The notes under the pieces: model-generated
What the model was told of the DNA's origin: nothing
Seen by the model: the letters and a program-made list of their open reading frames with translations, nothing else
The model's database searches: none
Made by a program: the position numbers and the translations under genes
Origin: Mytilus trossulus
Taxonomy: Eukaryota
Assembly: GCF_036588685.1 (NCBI RefSeq)
Contig: NC_086380.1
Coordinates: 79,670,001 to 79,734,000 of the forward strand
Length of the DNA: 64,000 nucleotides
Direction: 5' to 3'
In this document: piece by piece, positions 40,581-54,000 of the stretch
Numbering within the stretch: position 1 is the stretch's first letter
How the letters are laid out: the number at the start of each line of letters is the position of its first letter

Positions 40581-42057
40581 TTATATACATATATATTTAT
40601 CAAGGTCATTTTCACTTTGGATTTACTTTAATCAGCTATGGCACACATATATAAATCTGTGTAAATAGTCATACAGGTCATTGAGACCAACAGTACAAAT
40701 ATCACATTAATATAAGCCTAAAATATATGTACATGCAGTATATATTTCTGAAATGTATAGAGATAGTGGGTCCACACCCATTGTAAGCACCTGTAGTCGG
40801 GCTATAATTTTCATAGGGAGCTAACATTTGATGATGGGTTTTATTTTTGGGGGAGGCTAGGATGACAAATTGTATCCTGCATTTTAGCCCCTCTCCCCAT
40901 AAAAATCCAATCGTAGTTCTCTTATAAAAAATCTCTGTATTTAAGAGGAAAACAAATATTTAATTTCAGCTCCAAAACAGACAAGAGTGTAAAGGCTTAG
41001 ATGTCTCTCCTTGTGATTTGATAATACTATAGCTACATTATTTTGATCAAGGTTTAATTTACTAGAGATGTGATATAAACTTTATCAAGATCGTTGAAAA
41101 CAAGAACAAGGTCACACAAACCAAGACATAATACATGCTTATCTTACAAACATTCCATTCACCTAAAGCAATCGACTTAATTCTTGTAGTAAGGCGTAAG
41201 CACTTAAATGAATGTAGACAAATAAAACATGGAAAATTATATCAAGGTCATCTGAACCCTACAGACAAACATATACACCTTACAATTCCATAAGCCTAAT
41301 AAGTTGACATACAAGGAATGCCAAGGACAAAGGAATGGTGTCAGACGGACATGTACATTGTCGAACGATAAAAAAAAACACAACCTTATCGTACATATGG
41401 AAATTAACCAATGTAGCCTTAAAATTCAATATTAACCTCATATGATAGATACACGGTTTCCACGAAGTTGCATCACACCAATTATATTCCTAGAAATGTG
41501 TAAGATATAAGTTAAATGTTAAATGTGCTAGGATGAAAATGTTGTCCTGCTCTTTCTTTTAGTTGTAATCTCTGTCCTGCCTTTTGTTTTTACTCTTTTC
41601 TGTCCTGCCTTTTATTTCTTAGTGTATCCTGCTTTTTTTTTGGGGTCCAAGTTGCAAATCAGCCTTTTTTTTACTCAAAACTCCTGTTCTGCCTTTTTTT
41701 CAAATTTCATCCTAGCTCCACCCCCCCCCCCCCCCCCCCCCCCTCCGCAAAATCAAATGGCAGCTCCCTCATCTCCTATACTCCTTCCCCATTCATATTG
41801 AGACTGAATGTTGTTTGTTTTTGTTTGTTACCTATATATATAATATGTTCTCCGTATGGTATATATTCTCTTACATGTCATTAACATTTCTTTGATATGA
41901 GATTGTACTGACAATCGTAAGTGCCAATGTTAACCTAGGCATTACATGTATACAACCGAAGGTCATTATCTATGAATTCTGTATGTAGGTGTATAGGTTC
42001 TCCAAGGACAAGATAATTGTTCTAACACGATAGTAGTTTCAATGCCTTAATGAAATC

Positions 42058-45000
42058 ATGACACTGATTTATGGACTTACTCTCATTGTTTGTGGTAAGA
42101 ACTCATTTTCTTCATTATCAACAGTTATAAACGAAATCAATATACAACAGAATGGAGTATGGTATTCAATGAGAAAACTTTCTACCACATATAATTGAGA
42201 GTGTAAATAGGGAATATGTCAAAGAGACAACTCGACCAAACGTCAGATAACAGCCATATGCCATCAATGGATCTTCAACGTAGTGAGAAAATCCCGCACC
42301 GGGAGGTGGTCCTCAGCTGGTCTCTAAATACAAATAAGTGCTAGTCCAGTGACAATGGACGTCACAATAAACTTCAAAACATATAAAAGAACTCAAATGG
42401 ACGTCATACTTAACTCCATAACATATAAATGGACTAAAATTGTATAGTCAGATCGACATACATAAAAATTTGTAAAGGTTCCGCGGAACCCAGTGTCTTG
42501 CCTACTTTTGCTGTTAATCGCAGGCTTAACATCAACGAGGGAAAACATCAATAAAATATTCCTCTTAAAACTATCGTTTGATTGTATTTTTAAAGCTTCT
42601 GTCCAAGTTTGGTAAAAATCCAGGATAGTTTATGAATCTTATAAATGTTTTAAAACTTTAACTGCAGACTGTATGTAATGTTAACTGAAAGAAAAACTAA
42701 GTCCATCTTTTATAAGTTAAATACAGATAAACAGGTACAAAATTTTAACAAATTTTTTTTTCTAGGTACTAGCTTTTCATAATAAACAAACTTCTTTCAG
42801 AGTTTAGTACAGATCCAAAATAGAATAAGAAAGTTATAAAAAATTTAAAACTTTAACCACAGAGTGAATTTGTTATAGGTAAAATACGGAAAAAATGCAA
42901 TTTTATTTTTACATAATTTACTTTTGGATACAATCCTATGATCATAAACAAGCTTCTGTCCAAGTTTAGTAGAAAATCAAAGGTAGTTTAAGAAAGTTAT
43001 TAAAATGCCAAAAACGTTAACCGCAGAGTTAATATTTGTGGACGTCGCCGCCGCCGACACCACTTTTTCGACTAAAGTCGAAGGCTCGACAAAAACAGTG
43101 TCTATTGTCAATGGCATTTATCATAAGTCTAAGAATGATAGTTTTACCAGTAACAATGACACTGTTACAAGATTGTTTGACTCCAGAAACGGATTTAAGG
43201 TGAGGTGAGGAGGGGTAGGTAGACATAGGGTCAGTTGCCAGGGACCCTTCTTTTATGGAAAAAAATTGAAGCATCACTAGAACGGTCCCACTCTTGAGCA
43301 GTCAGCTGGCCTTCCTTATGCAATTTCATGATCCACCAACGGATTCTCCAAAACACACGTGACCAACCAGTGAATATAATGCTAATATTGTTCTAATGTG
43401 TTTAGTTTCAGTAATTTATGCTGCAAGTGTATGTGAAGATCACAGCACACAAGCATGTCAAAGACTAGCTGCCATTAAACCAGACATGTGTCAGGACAAC
43501 TGTACATCTAGTCTATGTCCCAGAACATGTGGCCGCTGTCGTACGTACAAACTAAATACATATAAATATAGGAAGATGTGGTATAAGTCAATCAGACAAC
43601 TACGACTATGTGTATGGGCTATGCTCATTGTTAAAGGCCGTACGGTGACCTATAGTTGTTAATGTTTGTGTCATTTTGGTCTTTTGTGGATAGTTGTCTC
43701 ATTGGTAATCATACCACATCTTCTTTTTTATAACTCTTCATCCAAGTCACAATTACTAAAAGTAAACCATTACATACGTCAATATACGGTCTTCAACACG
43801 GAGCCTTGGCTCACCACCGAACAGCAAAGTAATAGGGCTAAAAAAATAATACTACTGTAAAACCGTTCAAACAGAAAACCAACGATCGAATCTACATGAC
43901 ATAAACAACGAGAATTCGACACATGTATGAACCACACCACCAAACGACAACTACTTGATTATCATATTCCTGACTTAGGACAGGTGGAAACAATTGCAGC
44001 AGGATTCAATTTTTTAACGGAACCAAACCTTCTTCCTTATCTGAAACAACAATGTAAAATCACAACATAGAAAGACACACTATAAAATATCAATTGAAAT
44101 GGTTCAATAAAAAACGTAGTTACAAAAATGAGCATATACATTTTTGATGAGTTATGTAACCATCAATCTACTTACTCGTGCACAACACTATCTCTTATGA
44201 GTATTTTGCATGAACTGTTTTTAAGTGAAGTGAGTTTAAAACATTATTTCTTTCCATGTGGATTTCGTCAATGTATTATGGATTTCACGATTTTGTGATT
44301 ATATTGATACAAGTATTCCAATTGTGTTTATGGTAGATACAATATAGCAAAAAGCATACTGTTTTTTTTAAAGATTTATATGAAAATGTTAGATAATAGT
44401 ATTATTAGTTAGATTCTAATCAAATATACAACGGCTTCTATGATGTTTGATTTTGCAAATACAGCGTAATCTGCTTAAGAGACAACCGACCACTAATTGT
44501 ATGTCCTATTTAATGCATTTGATATACTGTGGATTCAATATTATTCATTAGATACCAATTTTGTGGATTTCGTGGACACAGTCAAACCACGAAATTAAAT
44601 ATTCAACGAATGATAATTTTTTTTATAGGTTTGTATGCAGACTTCAGCAATACCTCGAAATCAAATATCCACGAATATGCATTTTTTTCTCAATCCACGA
44701 ACATTGGTATCCACGAAAATAAATGAATCTACAGTAGATTGAACATGCATTAAAAGACCACCTGCCTTATACGACCATATTTTTGCTCTAGCCTACGTAA
44801 TCTTTTAAAACAGGTTGTGCTGTGACATTGATTGCTTGTTACATACATGTGTATATGCAAATTTATGCTTAGTATATTAAATTGTTGAGAAGTAGATGTT
44901 GTTATCCTTTCAGCTCTGAAATGTTTCTCGTGTGAAAATGTCGACCATCCATCAGAGTGTAACCAAACAATCCAATGTGGTAGTATGGCTATGGTAAAAT

Positions 45001-48000
45001 ATTGACATTTTAACTAAAGATAGTATATAACACTACAGGGAGATAACTCTGTAAATATCAGCGATCGTTTTAATCACGTTCTATTGTTAAGGAAATGTAA
45101 ATCTCAAAATAAGTGTTTGTCTAACTGCTATAATTTATCCGATGAAATCTTTCCAATGAAGTGTGGGGTTCAAGTATTTTGAAACCTTTATTTTTTGGTT
45201 GAACCAAAGTAAATATGCTGTCCAACTTTAATGAAAATTAAACGAGCCAAATTAATTTTAGTCAAGGTGTTTGGTACCACCTTAACTAATAAAAAAGCTT
45301 TTCTTCAATGACAAATTAACTAATGAAGTGTATGTGTGCTGTTGCTGAGATCAACTTTTTGTTGCGTTCTAGTTGCTCAGGCTTTTAATTTTCTATAATT
45401 GTGTTTTTTCTATAAATATTTTATAGTTGATCCTTTTTTTTTCTTAACCGTAGCATTGTCAGTTTATTTTTCTACTTAGAAATGTTACATAAATGTTCCT
45501 CTGGTATCTTACGTCTCACTTTTATAAAAATTTCCAGCCGTTTGACTTGTCAATTATAATTTTCATTATGTACGAAACGTTATTCCGATTTCATATAGTA
45601 GAATAGTGGTTTATATTTATTGCCAGTACCTTCTAGATTTGAATCACTGACATGAAAAATCTCGAATGCCTTACGATGAAATAGTAGTGTAGTACTTTTC
45701 ATTGTTTTCCTTTTTCAATTTGACGTACAAATCTTTTTTAAAAACTCCCTAAAAAATCCCTAAAAAATCAACAGCTTGTAAATATTTAACAAATAAACTG
45801 ATTGGTTTGAGAAATAATTATTCACAATACAGTTTTATTTCTCTCCAGGCATGTATCGCGACACAAACAGTAACAACACAGCTCCAGAAAAAGTACCAAC
45901 TAAACTGTGTAGATAATAAAGCAAGTACATGTATACTAATTTTATTATAGAGATGATAGTATATTACTTTATCCCCGGCTTAGTATATATCTAGGATTGG
46001 TTAACGCACGTCGTTACAAAACCCATAGCCCCTGGGTGTTGCTAACTCATATCCCCGGACGTTGCTAACCATTATCCCGGGGAACTTTACGCAAGTTTTC
46101 CTTTGTCCCATGATCGCTCCTTGTGAAATATTGAATTCAGTACATTATCCATGATGTTTGTAATTAAATATTTGATTCATTAACGGTTGTGTCCTATTAT
46201 GCTGATCATTTACACTCATTTCATTAAATGTATCTCTTGACTGCCACATTTTCAAGGAATGGGACTACTGGGTTGCGTTCAATATCGTAGAGGCTATCTA
46301 GTGCTACATCGATTTATGACTATTGAACGTGTATTTAGCCCAGCTGCTACATAGATATTGATAGCAGCTACGTAGCTGCTACGTAGCCGCTACGATATTG
46401 AACACGACCCTGACCTAGCTATGCAAATTACCCACGTTGACGTCACACCATCTATGGCATAATTCGCTCACAACTTTCAGTGGGCGCCAAATTTGACTCA
46501 ATCCAGTTTCTCTGTCTCCGTATTAAAAACGTCTTATATTTGATTACCTGTAGGGTTCTACCAAAGGTAGTACAGACCCTACACCCCGTAAAAAATATAT
46601 GTAAAATTTCCAAATTTCAATAAAACTTTTTTAGAGAATGAAAAAAAACGTTGTTTTTGCGTTACTTTTTGTACCCGAGTTTCCATAAAACTCACCCGAT
46701 TCGGACTAAGACCGGGGATAAATTCGTTATCTACGTTCATATCCGTAGATATGAACGTAGATAACTTATAATATCCTGAATAGGGCTCTTCACGGTTAGT
46801 TCAGTCATATTGGATAGGGGGCAGATTTTCATAATGGAGGTGGAAATGGTATGAAAAATACGGGAAAACATCATTAAAACAGGGCAGTTGCTTGGAAACA
46901 CACATAGGATTTCCCAAAATTCATACTATTTTCACCTCTTTCAAAAAAATCTGCCTCCTATCAAATAATGCCGAACTAACCGTGAAGAGCCCTATTGTTT
47001 GATGTTCAATGACTTTGAAATAGGTGAATACACTTTTTCGTCGATTCGGGATGATTTAAAGCTTGACACTTTGGTTTTTATTGTAGATAAAGTCTAAGAC
47101 CATTTGTTTGGCTTGACACATTTTATCGCCTGTTGTATATTTTTATAAAACATGTGTTGATCTCATCCGTTGGAAGTCCGTATGAAGATTTGAACTTGCT
47201 CAAAATTTTCCACCGATCAGAACGGACGTCGACGGATAAAACATACTCTAAACGGACATTAAATGGATATGGACGGACGTCTAACGGATAAGAACACACG
47301 TGTAAAGGATTGAAAAAACACCCGTTAAGCCTCGGTCACACCTTACCGGATAGCACGAACGGACGCCTAACGGACGAAAATAAAAGTTGTCCGTTGACAA
47401 AATTGTTATCCGTTAGGAGTCCGTTGATGAAATGTACGGAAGCGTATTAGCGCCACACATTTTTTTTTTTTATTTTTCTTCTTATGTTTGCGTTATATCG
47501 CAAAGGTTTGCGTTATATCGCAAAGGTTTGCGTTATAACGCAAAGGTTTGCGTTATATCGCAAAGGTTTGCGTTACAACGCAAAGGTTTGCGTTATAACG
47601 CAAAAGGTTTGCGTTACAACGAAAAGGTTTGCGTTATAACAAATATAACGCAAAGGTTTGCGTTTAACGCAAACATAGGAAGAAAAATAACAAAAAAAAA
47701 TGTGTGGCGCTAATACGCTTCCGTAGAAATGCCCAAATAAAACGGACGCGTATAACAAATGCTTAACGGACATACACCGGATATGCAACGTACATGTACG
47801 AGAGACCGAAACGTACTGGACAGAACGGGTGTCGAACGTACATCCAACGGACGAGTACATTCGTTACGCGTCCATTTTATTTGGTCAGTACATCATCGGA
47901 CTCCCAACGGATAACAATTTTGTCAACGGACAACTTTTATTGTCATACGTTAGGCGTCCGTTCGTGCTATCCGGTAAGGTGTGACCACAGCTTTTCATTA

Positions 48001-51000
48001 GAAAAATCATATCATAACCTTTTAGGGAATATGTGTACTATCTTCACGTTGATTCACATCAAAATCTACCTTGACCAAAACCTTTAACCGGACGCGGGAC
48101 AGACGGACACGAACGGATGAACAAACGAACATACCGAAAAACATAATGCCCCTAATTTACAACTATAAATAGCATACTTACTTCACTATCTAACAGTTGC
48201 ACATACAAATGTACTTATATTCTACAAAGAAACTGATAACTTTATAATCAATAAATTATGATGATGGCAGTTTTATACGACCTTGACTGGCCATACAGCC
48301 CTCGCAAGCTCGGTAATAAGTTATTAAATGGATGATATCTCTAAAAGAGAATTCAGATAGATACATGTATCTTATTTAATTTGGGTTCTTTTTTGTTTTT
48401 GCATAGATATGCACAGACCTTTATGGCGTTGTTCCGAACCGTACTGTTCCGAATGTCAGGCGGGAAGTTGATTTGTTTGGAGGTTGCTGTGCGACAGACC
48501 TCTGCAACAAGTATGATGAACCTGATAAAATACCGGCGCCTACTGCGCATGCACATCATGGTATGTATCACTTTTTTTTTAAATAATTTACAGACTGTTT
48601 AAAAAATCGTCGGAAAGGATATAATATTCAAACTTATGGATCTGGGATTCATACACATCTAGTTTGTGAAGAGATATTTGATTTAGTAAAATGATATCAC
48701 AAATGATATCACATTGATATCGTTATTGTTTTATTCATTATATTTTTATCATCAGGGGGATATTCAAACTCATAGATAAAAATAAACTGACAACATCATG
48801 GCTTATAAAGATAAAGATAAAAAGACAAACAAATATTACACAAGATACAGCATAGAAAACTACAGACAAAGCAATACACACCCTCCCAAAAGCTGGGGTG
48901 AACTCAGGTGCTCTGGAAGGGTAAGCAGATGAAATAATTGATTAATGTACGTGTAAAAATGTGTATCGCTTTGTTTTAATTCGTCAACATGCCATATTAT
49001 TCATGAAAGAGGTGGAATACACTATTTTATTGTTTGGAATGAACATTTTATGCTATCGTATTAAATTTCACTTGAAAGAATCGCTCGTGCATGTAACAAC
49101 ATACTAGATTTTGACGAAAGAAATGTATGTATTACTGAAAAATTATTACACAAGTGTTTTCGAAGTCACAAACTAGTCAAAACATTTACTAAATGTCATC
49201 ATCAGTACAAGGACATCATTAGTACATGTAACTATAAATTAACATGCAAATGATTATTCAATGCCCGACAGGAGAGAGCATTCTGTAATACATAATATAT
49301 ATATTTCAGTTCACACTAACGGTAATATTCATCTAAGCACACATTGTCATGTAATAGACTATATATTTCAGTTCACACTAACGGTAATATCCATCTCAGC
49401 ACACATTGTCATGTAATAGACTATATATTTCAGTTCATACTAACGGTAATATTCATCTTAGCACACATTGTCATGTAATAGACTATATATTTCAGTTCAC
49501 ACTAACGGTAATATTCATCTCAGCACACATTGTCATGTAATAGACTATATATTTCAGTTCACACTAACGGTAATATTCATCTCAGCACACATTGTCATGT
49601 AATAGACTATATATTTCAGTTCACACTAACGGTAATATTCATCTCAGCACACATTGTCATGTAATAGACTATATATTTCAGTTCACACTAACGGTAATAT
49701 TCATCTCAGCACACATTGTCATGTAATAGACTATATATTACAGTTCACACTAACGGTAATATTCATCTCAGCACACATTGTCATGTAATAGACTATATAT
49801 ATTTCAGTTCACACTAACGGTAATATTCATCTCAGCACACATTGTCATGTAATAGACTATATATTTCAGTTCACACTAACGGTAATATTCATCTCAGCAC
49901 ACATTGTCATGTAATAGACTATATATTTCAGTTCACACTAACGGTAATATTCATCTCAGCACACATTGTCATGTAATAGACTATATATTACAGTTTACAC
50001 TAACGGTAATATTCATCTCAGCACACATTGTCATGTAATAGACTATATATATTTCAGTTCACACTAACGGTAATATTCATCTCAGCACACATTGTCATGT
50101 AATAGACTATATATTTCAGTTCACACTAACGGTAATATTCATCTTAGCACACATTGTCATGTAATAGACTATATATTTCAGTACACACTAACGGTAATAT
50201 TCATCTCAGCACACATTGTCATGTAATAAACTATATATTTCAGTTCACACTAACGGTAATAGTCATCTTAGCACACATTGTCATGTAATAGACTATATAT
50301 TTCAGTTCACACTAACGGTAATAGTCATCTTAGCACACATTGTCATGTAATAGACTATATATTTCAGTTCACACTAACGGTAATATCCATCTCAGCACAC
50401 ATTGTCATGTAATAGACTATATATTACAGTTCAAACTAACGGTAATATTCATCTTAGCACACATTGTCATGTAATAGACTATATATTTCAGTTCACACTA
50501 ACGGTAATATTCATCTCAGCACACATTGTCATGTAATAGACTATATATTTCAGTTCACACTAACAGTAATATTCATCTAAGCACACATTGTCATGTAATA
50601 GACTATATATTTCAGTTCACACTAACGGTAATATTCATCTCAGCACACATTGTCATGTAATAGACTATATATTTCAGTACACACTAACGGTAATATTCAT
50701 CTCAGCACACATTGTCATGTAATAGACTATATATTTCAGTTCACACTAACGGTAATATTCATCTCAGTACACATTGTCATGTAATAGACTATATATTTCA
50801 GTTCACACTAACGGTAATATTCATCTCAGTACACATTGTCATGTAATAGACTATATATTTCAGTTCACACTAACGGTAATATTCATCTCAGCACACAATG
50901 TCATGTAATAGACTATATATTTCAGTTCACACTAACGGTAATATTCATCTCAGCACACATTGTCATGTAATAGACTATATATTTCAGTTCACACTAACGG

Positions 51001-54000
51001 TAATATTCCTCTCAGCACACATTGTCAAATAATAGACTATATATTTCAGTTCACACTAACGGTAATATTCATCTCAGCACACATTGTCATGTAATAGACT
51101 ATATATTTCAGTTCACACTAACGGTAATATTCATCTCAGCACACATTGTCATGTAATAGACACAGTCGTCTGCCAATATTTAGCCACAAACAGTGGTTGT
51201 CATCTGCCATGCGTGTCGACCTTGTGTCCCACAACCTGTGGAATGTGTTGTAAGTTAAATTTTTAACCATACAACAACATATTTGATATATTAATTGATA
51301 TTTCTGGAAAATATAATTATGTTATAGATTGCATCACGTAAAAACTAGTAAATTTCATTAGACTGTTTCCTTTCTTTTCTCTGCTTGGCTCTGACAGCTG
51401 GACAACGAGGTTGGAGAAGACTAACGCATGTTTCAAGGGAGTCTATGTGTCAAAGTTTATTTTAGCCAGTGCGAATATTTTGTCAACAAACTAACCATAA
51501 TACCACTATCAAGTTCATTAATAGATAACTACATTAAAATAATTATGACATTCGGATAGTAGTTATAAAGCATCACATGGAGTCGAATAGATCACACATA
51601 ATTATGCATTTTATGTATTGGATAACCTCCCATATATCAGGGGAAAGAATCATAAACAAAAAAAATATTTTGATGTAAAATATGTTCCTTCATATTTTGC
51701 GATTCCCTTTTAATGACTTCATGTCTCAATATATTCCGTCAATTTTGCTTTAACCAGTTTTTATCCGTATAAGGCTAAGACTACTTATATAAAGCATCAG
51801 TTCACGGAATATGCAGTAGTTTTAATTTTCCGCATAAAATATGCAAGCAGACAAACAAATTCAAAACAAATAGAAAGAAAAAAGAAGACGTATCTACGGG
51901 ATGTTATAATCGGTATACTCAAGGTACACATATACACAACCGGATACTAACAAAATAAGCACACATTATTTATCAATTATGACCAAAACATAAAAAAATC
52001 CAACCAGTAATAAACCATAAAAATGCATAAAAATTAGAAAGACTCATACATTGTAAATCTTTGGCGGATCCCGGGGGTGGGGGAGGGGGTGGGGGTTGGG
52101 GTGGGGGGTCGGACCCCCTTTTTCGGTCGATCAATGTATTTGAATGGAGACATATAGTTGGACCCCCCTTTTTAAAATGGCTGGATCCGCCCCTAAAAAT
52201 AGACTTAAATGTATAACACTTTACAATGTCGAAAGTCGAATCACACTTATCTGTCTACGAGATCAAAAATGAATATTGCCTGTTATCATGCAGTTTTTAT
52301 TAAGTAAAATTTTCTTTTAAAGACTCAAAAGAGTGACGAAAGATACCAGAGGAACAGTCACTCATAAATCGAAAATAAACTGACAACGCAATGGCTAAAA
52401 ATGAAAAAAAGACGAACAGACAAAAAATAGTACACATGACACAACATAGAAAACTAAAGAATAAGCAACACGAACCCCACACAAAACTGGGGGTGACCTC
52501 AGGTGCTCCGGAAGGGTATGCAGATCCTGCTCCACGTGCATTTGGCACCCGTCGGGTTGCTCATGTTATTATAACAAATCCTGTTAATAGTCTCATTCAA
52601 TAGGTCACATTCATGAAAGGGAAGGGAATTGTATTTACGACGTAAGGAGCATATCTGATATCATCTGTGAAACTGATATTCTATTACATTTTTAATATGT
52701 TTAACATTATCGTAACCCACTGATGGTTTGTAAAATAGTAGCAATAAACGATAAAGAGTTGGACTCATTTGAATGTAAATTGGTTTTATTATAAATTGCT
52801 GGGTGATGTATTTGCATGTATTTGGTTTTGATGTTATATTTGTTATTCTCGTGGTGTTTTGTCTGATGCTTGGTCCGTTTCTATGTGTGTTACGTTTCGG
52901 TGTTGTGTCTTTGTTCTCCTCTTATATTTAATGCGTTTACCTCGGTTTTAGTTTGTTACCCCGATTTTGTTTTTTTGTCCATGGATTTATGAGTTTTGAA
53001 CAGCGGTATACTACTGTTGCCTTTATTTACAAACATTAGATATGTATATGTAACAAATCACTTTTATTGTTATAGCACTTACGTGTTATGAATGTTCGGC
53101 AACTAATAACCCAGGGAATTGTTCCAGCAGAGTCCATTGCAATAGTGATAAGGTACGGTAAATTTCGAGTAATTAATCGGAGATTTTTTTGGCAGAAGTC
53201 GAATCCTCAGCGGATCTTTCCATTAATTTCATTATTCTCACGAACACAATTTCTTTTCCTCACATCAACATTATCATCGTCTGCATTGAAGGAATGAATA
53301 TCGACACTCGTTCATCTAATAATGAAATATAGCAAAAGAAAAAAAATCTGTTGTTTCGAGGTAATTTGTGGCAAATTTTAAATTTTAGATAGGTATAACG
53401 TTAAAATTTTCTACTTCATTTGAGGTGTTAAGGCTTTTGTTTACTTTCGCAGAACACTCCCGAACATTCTTATATCGTGTTTGGCTTGCCTAAGCTTTAT
53501 ATCTGCATGTGTGGATAACTATTGAATTATATGCGACTGTCATATAAGTGAGAGGTTTAGCTAGCTTTACAACCAGGTTTAATCCACAATTTTCTACATA
53601 AGACAATGTCTTTGCCAAGTCAGAAATATGAAAGTTCTTTGCAATGCGATGAATGTGTTTAAGTTTTATAATTTGACATTTGATTATAGACGTTCCTTTT
53701 TGAATTTCATTTGAGTTCGGTATTTATGTTATTTTACTTTTAACTTGTTGAATATTCAGGTGTTTTTTTTTTTATTTCTTTAAGTGTTGTGATGCCAGTA
53801 AGATGTTTTGATATTTATGCAGCATTTCAGTCTTCTATCATACACTATTTTAATAATGAAAAAATCATGATGCTAAACATGTTGCGTCTAGTCTAGTTAT
53901 ACATTCTTTAGCATTTAATTCCTTTTGGATTTGTTGTTTGAAGACAAAGTTTTCTTTTAGCTGCCTATATAAATATAGGTAGAAAAATCTAACAATTATT

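Noticed and set aside
47432-48087. Repetitive ORFs such as QRFAL/RKGLRYNAK
   Set aside because: They arise from the internal minisatellite and TIRs of nested MITEs.
52074-52110. G-rich tracts as functional G-quadruplexes (also poly-C at ~1651, ~41722, ~56683)
   Set aside because: They lie in variable homopolymer parts of common repeats, and nothing supports a function.
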